NCBI RefSeq assembly: GCF_046119375.1
Contig: NW_027362767.1
Location: 402,504,001 to 402,568,000 of the forward strand
Origin: Phyllobates terribilis
Taxonomy: Eukaryota
Length of the DNA stretch: 64,000 nucleotides
Direction: 5' to 3'
Part shown: one piece after another, positions 1 through 13,230 of the stretch
Layout: every line of letters starts with the position of its first letter
How positions within the stretch are numbered: the first letter of the stretch is position 1
Translations under genes and position numbers: made by a program
Notes under the pieces: generated by a model
What the model saw: only the letters and a program-made list of their open reading frames with translations
What the model was told of the DNA's origin: nothing
Database searches by the model: none

Positions 1-630
1 TAAGAAACCGGCAATTCCTGTATGTGTTGCGTCTGTCTACCTCCGTAAAACATGCTACCCCGAGGACTCGAGCATAGTAGCAGAGCACTACAAGATACTT
101 GGATAACACCCGAGCATGCTGTGATCACACCTTATCCAACCACGTTCGCTCAGCACTAGTTGCCAGGTACTGCTGCCATGTTAGTCATTCAATGAAGCTC
201 AGCCTGAGGTTGGCCTCCATGGAAGATGTCACAATCAAGGTGCCGGACGTTATTGCAGCACCCTCACCGACCCTATGACAGGAAGCCAGTGGCGGCAGGG
301 AGAATAAAATGTAATTTTCTCCGTGTAGCCAATGCTTTTCCAATAAGCCGTCTAACCAGGCTTTACACCCTATTTACCTGCAGATTACCCCTATATCTGC
401 AGATAAATAGCATTTTTCAAGGTGACAAGTTACCATTAAAGGGACTCTGGCAGTACGGAATGACTGTTCGAAGAAAGTCCTGCCGCTTGGTGCTCCACAG
501 CGCGGCCAAACATGTAATTATAGTACATTATAGAAAAACATAACAAGTAATAAAACCGTTTAGGTGGGCTGTAGTGTGGGCCCCTAGAGTCAGTTCCCCT
601 GGTGGGCTCTAGGCACCCCAGTAAGACCCT

Positions 631-782
631 GAGTGGGAGCCAAAACCAGATGAGGAACAATCCGAGAAAAGGTATAATAGAAACAAGTCACCAATTCTGC
701 ATTTATCACCCACTCCTGGTTTTGGCTCCCACTCCTGAGAAAAAATACTGACCGAATACTGATAGTGGGGCTGTGGCCTAAA
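631..782. repeat. Short inverted-repeat MITE, truncated copy
   Basis: Nearly identical to the right two-thirds of 4741-4949. Confidence 0.7.
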
Positions 783-799
783 TCTCCGAGTGACGGGAA

Positions 800-1430
800 T
801 CAGATTAAACCCTCGATGGATACATGACATTTTTTGATCGCTTTCTATTCCGACTTTTAGGAGGCAGAATGAACGAAAACCAGAAATCCAAGATTTTTAT
901 TTTTTATGCCGTTCCGCGTGTGGTAAATTGATAAGGTGGCTTTATTCTTCGGGGTCAGTACGTTTATAGCGATACCACATTTATATAATTTTTTTATGTT
1001 TTGGTGTTTTTACACAATAAAAAATATTTTATAGAAAAAAATAATTATTTTTGCATCGCTTTATTCTGAGAGCTATAACTTTTTCGTTTTTTGATCGCGG
1101 TTTATTCTACTTTTTGTTCAGCGGTATGATGATAAAGCATCATTTTTTGCCTCTTTTTTTATGGTATTCACTGAAGGGGTTAACTAGTTGAACAGTTTTA
1201 TAGGTCGGGTCGTTGCAGACGCAGCCATACCAAATATGTGTACTTTTTTGTTTTTACATAAATGTATTTATTGGAGTCATATTTTTATTTTTTTTTGTTC
1301 TTTATTTTCTGATTTTTTGTATATATATTATTTTTACAATTTTTTACAACTTTTTTTTTTTACCTTTTTATCAACTGTTTTTGTCACTATTTTCACAGTT
1401 TGGATTTTATAGGCTCTTTGTTTCCTGACA
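800..1430 (-). mobile_element. Fragment of an abundant non-autonomous DNA transposon (same family as 27575-28711)
   Basis: ATAGGTCGGGTCGTTGCAGACGCAGCCATACCAAATATG is the diverged reverse complement of CATATTCGGTATCGCTGCGTTCAGAAACGTCCGACCTAT near 28.1 kb. Confidence 0.55.
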
Positions 1431-3230
1431 CATTCAACTTTGATGTGGTCTGTGGTCATAAATCAGCTGAGAGGAGCTTAAAAAAAGACACATTAAGGCC
1501 TGTGCTACACTGCGACACTGTGCAGCTGCAGTCCATCCAACTGTATATAAGTCAATGTATTGCTTTGTACTGCAGCTGTTGCTAAATAGTTAATATCAAT
1601 CAGAAACGTTGCAAAAAAAAAAAATGGTGTAGCCCAAGCCAAAAGAGTTACAAAATCTCCCATTGGAGATTGTCAGAAGAGCTCACTGACAGATTCTTGG
1701 TGGACTCATTCTGCAACAAGCATTAGAAAATGCAAGAAGGAGATTGCAGAAGGCAAATGGTGCAAAATTTTTAATGAAACCCAATTAGAAAAATGATTTT
1801 TAGCCAAAAACACATGCAGTTAGGTAATAAAAAAATGTCCCCCTAGTTGAACAACCCTTTTAATTCTATCTTTACACAGGGGATTTGAAGCTTTGTATTG
1901 GTATGTGCACATGATGTCTTTTTCTTGCAATCCGCTCCATAACCCACCTGAAAAAACACTAAGGAAACACTCAAAAGAATGAACATATGAAACAACTCGC
2001 TGTTCACATGTTCAGGCTTTTGAGCGTCTTTTAACCTCTTCAGGTTTCTAAAAACGCAAAGTGGTTAAAAGAAGTGACATGACCATTTTTTTTTTTCATT
2101 TTCGGCTATGAAGATGCTCTGTACTTTACAATACAGGTGAATGGGAGCGCTCAAAAGGTACCATTTTGCCAGAGATTTTGCTTAATCATTCATTGTTGAA
2201 TGGAGTTAAAAAAAAAAATATCCAGAAAATGACAGTAAAAAAAAGATAAAAATGTTGAAATAATGCATAAAAAAATAAAACAGTGAGTCCGATAATCGCC
2301 CAATATGGAGGAATCGCGCTGAATGCAGGTTCTAAGAGGCTTCAGTATAAGGAACATATCGAGTCCATGCTCCATATAACCAGTGTAGGAGAACGTATGT
2401 GAACTACATTAATGGATACGACCAGGAAATCAGCAGCATCTCATATTTGTACACAATGGAGCCCCTTACCCTTTAGCTCAGCGGGCGGCCTCAGCCAAAA
2501 AAAAAAATCTCTCCGCCCCTTTAACAAGGGTATTTCTAGCTTAATTCTCCTCAATTAGGGCAAATGGTTCCCACTTATGGCCATCTGAGAGCCGGGCTGG
2601 AGAACGGAGGGGTCAGGGGGTCACTATCTGCCTATAAATAGCAATCTGGGAACAGTTATTTGGGGAGAATTATTGAGAATTCAGAGATAGCTGTCATTCC
2701 TGGGGCCCCGCGCGGACAGACGATTGTGGTAATAATAATATCTGTCCTTTAATGTTGGCTGTTAGGCATTCCTACAACCCGGCAGATGTCACAGTTAAAG
2801 GAAAAAAAAAAAATTGCAGACATATTCGGTTATGTGCACACTGAGTTTTTCGAGGAGTTTTTGGAGCATAAACTGAGTGAAAACACTCCAATTCCTTCTC
2901 CAAAGCTCTTCAAAAACTTTTGAGTTTCTGTTCTGAAAAATAACTCAGAGTGCGCAACAATGGTATGTGCACAACACGTCTTTTTTTTCCGGTGGCAGAG
3001 ACATCGAGTTTCTCAGTTTAGGATACTGCAGTTTCCTGAAGCGGCTTTAACGTTGTTTTTTTGAGGTTGCTGCTCTGATCATTTCTCTATTCTTTCCACT
3101 ATAGGTTGAATGGCTTCCTAGTGGAATGCCCCTAAAGAATGAACATGCTACTAAAAAGAAAAGACTGAACATGTGCACAGCAATGTCATTTTTACATTGC
3201 TGTGCACTATGTTCATTTTTTGGTACGGTT

Positions 3231-3675
3231 TCGCAGAGCTTTTTCAGGTGGATGCCAGACAAAATTCAGATGAAAATGATGTTTTGTTCACATGCCCTAA
3301 AAAAGTTTATGGTGTAAGAGAAAATGGTGCCACATTTTTTTATGCATAGGATCTGTATATTAGGCCTTGTTCACACATCCTGATATTTCTGGTACTGGAA
3401 AAAACAGTACCGGTGCTATCAGTGTGCTTGTGTCTGTATACGTGTACAATTCATGCGGCATCGCAGAGCTTTTTCATGTGGATTCCAGACAAAATCCACC
3501 TGAAAAAGATTTTTTGTTCACATGCCCTAAAAGAGTTTATGGTGTAGCAGAAAATGGTGCCATATTATTTTATGCATAGGATCTATACATTAGGCCTTGT
3601 TCACACGTCTTGATATTTCTTGTACTGGAAAAAACAGTACCGGTGCTATCAGTGTGCTTGTGTCTGTGTCCGTGT
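3231..3675. repeat. Local tandem duplication, period about 230 bp
   Basis: TCGCAGAGCTTTTTCA at 3231 and 3461; the downstream sequence, including TAGGCCTTGTTCACAC, is duplicated. Confidence 0.85.
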
Positions 3676-4740
3676 GACACGTACTGGAATAGAATGCAGA
3701 AGAGAAATGACAGATGTTTAGGTATTAGATGTGCAAAGATCGAGATAGATAGATAGATAAGAAACATATCCGTGATAAATATAATTAGTGCTTTCCATGT
3801 GTAGTTTACTGTACATTTAGCTAATAAATGAAAAAAACGACATGGGGTCCCAGCTATTTTTGATAACAAGCCAAGGTAAAGCAGACAGCTGTGGGCTGAC
3901 ACTACAGGCTGGGAAGGTTCTTGGTTATTGAGCTCTTCTCCTCCTAAAAATACCATCCAGCAGCCGCCCCAGAAGTGGAGCATCACATAAGATGCGCCAA
4001 TTCTGGCACTTTGCCCTGCACTTCCCGATTGCCCTGGTGCGTTGGCAATCGGGGTAATATTTTTGGGGGTTGATGTCAGCTTTGTAATCTCAGCTGACAT
4101 CAAGCCCTAGTGTTCGTAATGGTGAGGCGTCTATCAGACACCCCCATTACTAACCCAGTATTAAAAAGGCAAAAAAAACACAAACACAAAAATATTTTAT
4201 TTAAAAAAAACCTCCCCAACTCCCTGGTTCACCAATTTATTAATAAAAAAAAAAAGCCACGCTGGTCTGAAGTATTCAAGGATTCCGACGTAGTCCACAA
4301 ATGGCAACCTGAAAGACATAAGAAGAGAGAATTAAGCAAAGACAAAGAAAGGAGAGGGAGTTGTGGCTTATGTGAAAATCCAAATATCCTCTAAGGTGTT
4401 CCACTCGTTTTTATTAAAAAAAGTGCCCATTATATTCTATGAGCATCTTCACGTGTCAGTTTTTTTTACCATTAATAAAAATGTAGATGTGTCCAATGTT
4501 CATCTGATTTGCGGACCAAAGTCACCCCATCAAGTTGATAGGTGATTGAAAAAAAAAAATGCATAGCACTCAGAGGCCATCCATGTGTCATCCGGCACTA
4601 TCCTTTTTTCACTGTCTAATTGGTAGGGGAGTCTTGGAGAAGATATACAGTGCATATGTATATTATACTTTTTTTTTTTATGCTTTCAAGAAAAGCGGAT
4701 GCCACACTGACACATGGAACGTCCAAAAATGGATGAAAAT

Positions 4741-4949
4741 TAGATTACAACCCCACTATCAGTATTCGGTCAGTATTTTTTCTCAGGGGTGGAAACCAAA
4801 ACCAGATGAGGAACAATCAGAGAAAAGGTATAATAGAAACAAGTCACCAATTCTGCATTTATCACCCAACTCCTGGTTTTGGCTCCCACTCCGGAGAAAA
4901 AATACTGACCGAATACTGACCAAATACTGATAGTGGGGCCGTGGTCTAA
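4741..4949. repeat. Short inverted-repeat MITE (PIF/Harbinger-like)
   Basis: Arms CCCCACTATCAGTATTCGGTCAGTATTTTTTCTC and GAGAAAAAATACTGACCGAATACTGA...TAGTGGGG are inverted; second copy at 631-782. Confidence 0.7.
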
Positions 4950-6201
4950 AAAGAAAATACTGATCACATAAAAAATATCCCTAACATGTGAAAGGAGCCT
5001 TCAGGTTCATTCATAACGTAGGAAGTGTCTGGATTTTGGCAAACCACCTGCAGATGAATGAAAAAAGTAGCACGGTGAAAATTTCATTCATTTTTGGCCA
5101 TTGTCTCAATTTTTTGGCATCATCATTTCATTCGTTTTTCACGTATACGAAAAAAATCCAAATCTTCTTCGACCTATTAAACAGTAAAAAATGAACATAA
5201 CGAGGACCGCACACCGATGGCATTTGTGTACTATCCATTTCTTCATGGACATGTTAACAGTCACATGGATTATTAAGGGTGTTTGTTCTATATAGATAGA
5301 AAACGTGAGTAAAAAAATTAATATGTGAATGAGGCCCTAGAGTATGTGCACACAATGTGTTGTTTTTTTACTCTTTTTATTAGTTTTCCTAGAGGACTTA
5401 AACCTGCAATCACTTGAATGATACACTAAAAAAACCCTGTAATAAACATGGCAGACACGGGGTCTTCAGTAGATCCCTCAGCTACCATGACAAAGCCATT
5501 GGCACCTAAACTCACAATCATGTTTCGGGGCAGATGGAGCCATTTCCAGCCTCTTAAATGCCACGACTGGCAGCTATGATGGTAAACTGTTGCGATCAGA
5601 CTTAGGTGGCAGCTGTATAACACAGCTGGCACATATGCTATATAGAGTAGTCTCAGCTCCCTACATACAGTGCGCACATTCACCGTACATCCATGGTGGA
5701 TGCTCCTAGCGGAAACCTTTGGCAGAATGGTCCCTGCCACCTCTGTGGGACATGGCACTTGCCCTGGTTTGCCAAGTGCTAGCCATGGGCCCTGTATTTA
5801 CCAAAAAGTGTCATAGAAAGCTAAGTGACTAAGCCATGAGACGGCTTGTAACCCAACTTTCCAAGACTCCTGAATATCATATGGGTCTAGTTATACCGAA
5901 TATGAGATAGCTAGACAGACCTACCATGCAGGAATCAAGTAAGGCTGGGTTCAGACCAGCGTATGCAAAACTGTCCGTTTTATATCCAGAAAACACAGAC
6001 TATTTTCCATCCCTGCCATCCATATGTCCGCTTTTTACATCAACAATTTAATAAATAATAAAAGGACACATAGTTTTCAGTGTTAATAACTGCACTGAAT
6101 CTATAAAAAACAGATGTCGTACTGATGGTGTCTGTATAGGATCAGTCTTTTTAATGCACTTACTGAGTATAATGGGAAAGTCTGACCCGAAAAACGGATC
6201 A

Positions 6202-7941
6202 TGTGACATGCAGAAGTAATGCTGTTGCAGAGTGTGACATGCAGAAGTAGTGCTGTTGCTTTAAAAGCATTCAGCAACTATTAGGCTAAGTGCCCAAGAT
6301 GCAGAAATGCTGCATATCTTTTCCACATCTCCCTGGCAGGAAAAACGCATGCGGTTTTTACATGCGTTTTTCCTGCCAGGTAGAAGCGTTTGTCAAGCGT
6401 TTTTGCATGCATTTCTGCATGCAGGTTATCAAGCGCTTTTCCAAGTGATTTTAGCATCACTTGGAAAAGTGCTTGACAACTTGGTCACACTATATAAATC
6501 CATGCAACCGGCATGGATTTATATAGTATGACCAAGTAATAGTTAAAAAAAAAGAATAAGAATGGTAAAAAAAAAAAAAAAGATTGTACTTACCTTCCGA
6601 TGGCCTCCGGTGTTATCTCCACCGGGTCCGATGTCTTGCACTGCTCGCGGTGTTGTGAAGGACCTGCGGTGACGTCATTCAGTCATGTGTCAGGTCACAT
6701 GACTCAATGACGTCATGGCAGGTCCTTCACAACAGTGCGAGCAATGCAAGACACCGGACGGAGCGGACAAAACACCGGGAGGACATCGAAAGGTGAGTTT
6801 AGCTTTATTTTTTATTTTAAATTCTTTTTTTTATAGTTTCTATGGTACCCAGGTCTGGATGAGAGTCTCCTCTTCTCCAGACCCGGGTACCATCCGCACA
6901 TTGAACCGTGTGATATCCGCTTATCCACATGTAGTGATGCGGATGTCACACGGTCCAATGCAAGCCAATGGCGGGGATTACGCTGCGTGTCCGCAAAATT
7001 AATGGACATGCTGCGGATTGTTGAGCGCAGCATAAATGCTGCAGAAAAATCCACAGCATGGGCATTGACATTGCGGCTTGTCGTTGGGGACCATGGGGGG
7101 TGTATTACCAAACGTTTCCCAAGCGTTTACGCTGCGTAAATTCCGCAGCATAAACACTTGGAAAATGATTCGTGGGCACACAGCCTTAGAAGTAACACAA
7201 GCACAGGAGACAGGAAGTGTTGTGCTCCAGAAGCATCCAGCAACTAGAGGGGTTAACACAATCACAGGAGAAGGGGAGTGTTTTAGCAGAACCCCAGGGG
7301 GATTGTGGGGAAGTTGTTTACTGCCTGGCTGGAGCCCAAGAGAAAGGTGGTGTGTGTGTGTTCTGCATCTCACAGAAGTGCCACTGCAAGTGAAAAGGAT
7401 TCAAGTCAGGAGTGAAGCTAAGCACAGGTCAGATAGAGTTCCTGAACTAGCAGTGCAGAGTATTGTCAAGCAGAAAGATAAGGACTGGAAGAAATTGTGC
7501 CACAGGGGTCATCTCCCTCAGCAAACCCTCCCCCATTCCTCCATCTCACTGTGCTGTAAGGAATGCTGTGTTCATTAATGTGCCTTTGCATTAGAACTGT
7601 GCTGTCCTGTACTACTGGGAAGACTGTGAACTGCTGTGCTGCTAAGGAAACTGTACTGTTTGTCACTGGAGCCTGTTGCTCATAAGACTTAACTTGCACT
7701 GGCTGTGCGGCTTCTTATTAAATGCTACTGTTCTACCGTTTATGAGGACTCTTGTCAAGTGTGTCTGGTCAGCAAGTGAAACAACCTACGTGTCTGTGCC
7801 TGAGGGTCAATACCCCTGTGTGCCTGAGAGAAGCTGCAGCATATGGTCTATGGTTGCCCTGAGTAACGGTTCCCTCAGGATTCCAAAGAATTCATGTAAC
7901 CTGTCTTGCCCCTATCTGAACCTAGCGGCGTGCGTGTAACA
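6202..7941. mobile_element. Solo LTR interrupted by a MITE
   Basis: TGTGACA...TGTAACA ends flanked by a 4-bp duplication ATCA (6198-6201 and 7942-7945). Confidence 0.7.
6284..7185. mobile_element. PIF/Harbinger-like MITE with palindromic core
   Basis: TIR GGCTAAGTGCCCAAGA / TCGTGGGCACACAGCC with TTA target duplication on both sides. Confidence 0.75.
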
Positions 7942-9068
7942 ATCACAGTATCGCCTGCTGTTTTTTTGTTGTTTTTTACACATGGACCATTGGTCCCTGT
8001 GTAGAGATGAGCGGACCCGTGGAAGCTTGGGTTCGTCTGGTGTGACCAAACTTTAGTCCAAAGTTCAGTTCAGGTACCAGAACGCTACCCGAACTTGAAC
8101 CTGAATCACATAGAAGTTAATGGGGACTCAAACTTTGGTGCTGGAAAATCTCTCTCTCGGTCTGTCACGCTAGGTATGGGGAGAACCCAGCATATAACAA
8201 CGGGAATAGGGGAGGGAGCCCTACAACTAGGGAAAGAAAAAGTGGAGACCCGTAAACCGATCTAATGACAAACTCTGACTCCTCTATAGACACTAAATAG
8301 GTTCTGCACCTTTTCGCTGAGCAAGATACCTAGCCCTAGCTGGCCCTAAGGCTAGGCCCTAGGTAGTGAGGGGGAAGGGTGAGCACTAGTCAGTCCCACT
8401 GCAAAATAAAGTACACACAGGGAAAACAAACAGGGGAATACACTTAGCTTTAAGATGACACCAGAGAAAGCACGGCAACAATCCACAAAGGAACTCCTAA
8501 GTAATTCTAGTAGACTACTAGAATCCCAGGCCTGAATAGGTATAACACGCTATCACAAGCAACTCTCTGAGAACCTGAGTGTATTTAAGGACACAGCAAG
8601 GAAGTGCTGATTAACAGCAGAAAGTGAGGATACCCAAGGGTCAAAAAGTGAAAGGTATAATCCCCAAGCAAGGTGAGGATCACTGCTAGGTCCTAAAGAG
8701 AGAGGAATCATAAAAGGATCAGGGAGATGTTTGTAAGGCCAAACGCAGCGACCTTCTATAGCCAGACACCGTATGACTGTCTGTCAATCCTGACACACCC
8801 ATGACAGTAACCCCTTCCTTCTACGAGTGGTCTCCGGACACTCAGGACCAGGTTTGTCTGGATGAGAGGCATGGAATGAGCGAATCAACATAGGGGCATT
8901 CACCTCCGATGCTGAAACCCACATCCTTTCCTCTGGATCGTAAACTCTCCAGTGCACTGAAGGGAACGACGTGAAGACAAGAATCCACAATCTTCAATAT
9001 TTGGAACTCTAAATTGCCATAAACTATGATTGGGGGTGGCGGCAAGAGAGAGGACTCAAGAGGTACCA

Positions 9069-10147
9069 TGTGGCACCCTGCTGTGCATAGGTACCACAGG
9101 ACCCAGGATGCATGGAAGGACTTCTCCACAAGAGGCCCTCATTACATACAAACATCTCCACCCTTCCACCTCATACCACCAGAGGGAGCCAGTTAGGGAT
9201 ATATATATGGAGGGTGGAGCCAGGCAGTTCAGATCAGTCAGACAGAGTCAGAGAGTTAGTTGTTAGTAGTCAGACTGAGAGGGAGTCTGAGAGCGTGCGG
9301 ACGCTGAGAGCAGCGAGGACGCAGCACGCTGGCTGCTGTGCTTAGGCGAGCCAAGGCCTACAGCACGAGTTGAGTTCTGAGGGCCCCGAGTGTGGCCGAC
9401 GGCAAGAGGAGAAGGGAGAGAGGAGTTGAGGGGGCAGAGGAGCATCATAGGCTCACCCCGATATACAAACCGGACACCGGGTCCGCGCCGACAGGGTCCC
9501 TTTATACCCAGTAGGGATAACCGGCATCCCAGGAGAACTACAAGTCCCTGGCTGACTTGAAGCTAGACCCACACAGGACCAGGAACCATGAAGGCGTTAC
9601 CAGGGATAGTGGTTGCCAGCAGAAGGTCCTACTACCGAGCGACAGGTGAAGGAACAGCACGACGCATAAGCTAGGCCCAGTTGCAGGCTGGCCAGGAGCA
9701 TACAGAGAGGCAGACACGGACCAGGAGGCCTTATACCCGCTGGACCGTACCTAACATCCGCACCAGTAAAGGTATTGAAGCGAATCCCCTGTCTCTGTCA
9801 ATTACTCCTGCTGCGCTATCACTACCACCTGCACTACAAGCCCCAGCATCACCACCCACCATCGAACTCCATACTGCCCCGGGGGCCCGCTCCACCTGTG
9901 GGGAGCAGAAACACCTCAGCTGCCATCCCATCACCCCCGGAGGTCTGCAGCAGCGCTGGTAAACCTTACCAGGTACCACAGGTGGCGTCACTCACGAACT
10001 ATTTATTTTATTTTTCCTATCCAAGTTACAATCCCCCATTTTGGTTGACCGCCCTGGGCCATGGACCGGGCCAGCCACTGTGACCTATCCCCCACCAGCA
10101 TCCATAGGCCAGGCTGCTGAGTACCCCATTGCCCCGGGGGCGCGTCA
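9069..10147. mobile_element. Solo LTR inserted into the Gypsy integrase
   Basis: TGTGGCACCC...GGCGCGTCA flanked by a perfect 5-bp TSD TACCA (9064-9068 and 10148-10152). Removing it restores integrase sequence FHRSLFKKYVVPLESS. Confidence 0.85.
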
Positions 10148-10270
10148 TACCACATACTTCTTAAACAGAGACCTGTGAAACACATTGTGGATCCTAAGAG
10201 CCTGAGGTAACTCCAGACGAAACGCTGCTGGGTTAATGACAGTGGTCATTTATAGGAACCAATAAACCTA

Positions 10271-11035
10271 CAGTACAGACCGAAAGTTTGGACATATCTT
10301 CTCATTTAAAGATTTTGATGAGTCCAAATTTGAGATCTTTGGTTCCAACCACCGTGTCTTTGTGCGACGCAGAAAAGGTGAACAGATGGACTCTACATGC
10401 CTGGTTCCCACCGTGAAGCATGGAGGAGGAGGTGTGATGGTGTGGGGGTGCTTTGCTGGTGACACTGTTGGGCATTTATTCAAAATTGAAGGCATACTGA
10501 ACCAGCATGGCTACCACAGCATCTTGCAGCGGCATGCTATTCCATCCGGTTTGCGTTTAGTTGGACCATCATTTATTTTTCAACAGGACAATGACCCCAA
10601 ACACACGTCCAGGCTGTGTAAGGGCTATCTGACCAAGAAAGAGAGTGATGGGGTGCTACGCCAGATGACCTGGCCTCCACAGTCACCAGACCTGAACCCA
10701 ATCGAGATGGTTTGGGGTGAGCTGGACCGCAGAGTGAAGGCAAAAGGGCCAACAAGTGCTAAGCATCTCTGGGAACTCCTTCAAGATTGTTGAAAGACCA
10801 TTTCCGGTGACTACCTCTTGAAGCTCATCAAGAGAATGCCGAAAGACCATTTCCGGTCACTACCTCTTGAAGTTCATCAAGAGAATGCCAAGAGTGTGCA
10901 AAGCAGTCATCAAAGCAAAAGGTGGCTACTTTGAAGAACCTAGAATATAAGACATATTTTCAGTTGTTTCACACTTTTTTGTTAAGTATATAATTCCACA
11001 TGTGTTAATTCATAGTTTTGATGCCTCCAGTGAGA
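10271..11035 (+). mobile_element. Internally deleted DD38E Tc1-like element
   Basis: TA then CAGTACAGACC TIR joined directly to the transposase core (ORF 10362-10793, DNDPKH...SPDLNPIE); right TIR truncated; about 48-bp tandem duplication at 10792-10888. Confidence 0.9.
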
Positions 11036-13124
11036 ACCACACAAAGTCATTCACACTTAGGTCCGAACCTGGCGAGCATTTCCTGTCAGCAATACATTTG
11101 TATCTGTCTCCCATGATCTTCAAATTACTCTGAAATCCCCCCCCCCCCCGCCATACAGAAGAGAGCGCCGTAGCCCCTCCACCACTAAAGGTGCCAAACT
11201 GCGGATGAAAACCGTATGCACCAAAAAAAGGTGACCTGCCCGTAGACTTTTGGTTACGATTGTTTATAGCGAACTCAGGCAACGGTAAGATGCCAAATCC
11301 TCCTGGTTCTCGGAGACAAAACACCTGAGGTAAGTCTCCAAATTTTGATTTATGTGCTCAGTCTGTCCATTCGACTGAGGATGGAAGTCAGAAGAAAAAG
11401 ACAATTGCACCCCCAGTTGAGTACAAAAATCTTTCCAGAAATTAGAAATGAACTGGGTCCCCCGATCTGACGCCACGTCGGAAGTAACCCCGTGAAGCAT
11501 CACGATCTCATTAATGAATACCTGAGCCAGAGGCTTTCGGAAGTGCTGGTAATGCGATGAAATGAACCATCTTACTTGACCACCACAACCACCAAAACCA
11601 CAGTCTTGCCTGCAGATACTGGTAGGTCAGTAATAAAATCCATGGACAAGTGTGTACATGGCCTACTAGGAATAGGCAGCGGTAGAAGAGTAACAGACGG
11701 ACTAGTATATGATACTTTAGAACACGCGCAAATACTGCAAGCAGACACATGGTCAACCACATTCTGACGCAACCTCGGCCACCAAAAATGACGGGAAAGG
11801 AGGTTCACAGTTGCCTTATGACCTAGATGATCAGGAAGTACAGAGTTATGATGTTCCCTAATTAGTTTACGGCGCAGATTAGATGGCACAAACAACCTCC
11901 CCGAAGGGCAGGAGATAGGGGCATCACCCTGAGGCTCCAACACCTCCCCTTCCAGGTCAGGGTACAAGGCCGAAATGACCACCCCTTCCGCAAAATAGGG
12001 ACAGGGTTCTCATGGTCACTACCACCAGGGAAGCTCCGGGACAAAGCATCAGCCTTGATGTTTTTAACCCCTGGACGGAAATTGGCAACAAAATTGAACC
12101 TAGAAAAAAACAAAGACCATGTAGCTTGCCTAGGGTTGAGACGATTAGCAGACTGGAGATATGACAGGTTCTTATGGTCAGTAATAACAGTAATAGGATG
12201 GACAGCCCCATCCAACCAATGTCGCCATTCTTCGAAAGCCAATTTAATTGCCAAAAGCTCCCTATTACCCACGTCACATTTTCTCTCGGCCGAAGACAGC
12301 TTCTTGGAAAAGAAAGTGCATGGATGCTATTTACCAGGGGACAGACCTTGAGACAACACAACCCCAACCCCCACCTCCGACGCATTAACTTCAACCACGA
12401 AAGGTTGAGAAACATTGGCGTGACTGGGTATAGGTGCTGTGGCAAAACACCTCTTTAAGGAGGAAAAAGCCTGCTGGGCGGCATTCGACCAATTAGAAAA
12501 ATCCGACCCCTTTTTTGTCATGTCAGTGAGGGGTTTGACTATTACCGAAATGTTTTGGATAAATTTCTGGTAAAAATTAGTAAACCCCAGAAAGCGCTGC
12601 AATGCCTTCAAGTTCTCAGGACGATACAAATCAAGTACAGCACGGATCTTCTCCAGATCCATCCGAAAACCCGACGGTGACAACAGGTGCCCCAAAAATT
12701 GCACCTCATGGACAGCGAAAACAGATTTCTCTAGTTTGGCATAAAGTTTGTTATCCGTAGTACCTGTTCAATATGACCCTGATGTGTCTCTAAATCAAGT
12801 GAGTAAATCAAAATATCATCCAAATAGACCACCACAAGCCTGCTGACTAAATGGTGGAAAATATCATTTATGAAATGCTGGAAAACAGCAGGTGCATTGG
12901 TGAGACCAAAAGGCATAACCAGACTCTCGAAATGCCGCTCGGGGGTATTGAACGCCGTTTTCCATTCATCCCCTACTCTGATTCCAACCAGAATGTAGGC
13001 TCCCCTTGAATTCAACTTGGAGAACACTTTAGCTCCCACAATCTGGTTGACTAAATCCGGAATCAGAGGAAGAGGGTATGGATCTCGGATGGTAATTTGA
13101 TTTAATTCCCAGAAATCTAAACAG

Positions 13125-13230
13125 TTGTTGTTCTTCTCTTGTTCTTCTTCTTCTTCTCTTGTTCTTCTTCTTCTTCTCTTGTTCTTCTTCTCTTGTTCTT
13201 CTTCTTCTTCTCGTGTTCTTCTTCACTTCT
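13125..13230. repeat. (CTT)n-derived compound microsatellite
   Basis: Repeats of TTCTTCTCTTGTTCTTC. Confidence 0.9.

Larger units (their letters stand above)
8163..13122 (-). mobile_element. Ty3/Gypsy chromovirus (sushi-like) relic: 3' LTR, PPT, chromodomain-integrase, RNase H, RT; 5' half missing
   Basis: LTR TGTCA...TGACA 8163-8806; PPT GAAGGAAGGGG next to it; VHWRVYDPEERMWV chromodomain (8784-8990); fragmented ORFs with [33 protein letters not shown] and YLDDILI; many frameshifts. Confidence 0.9.
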
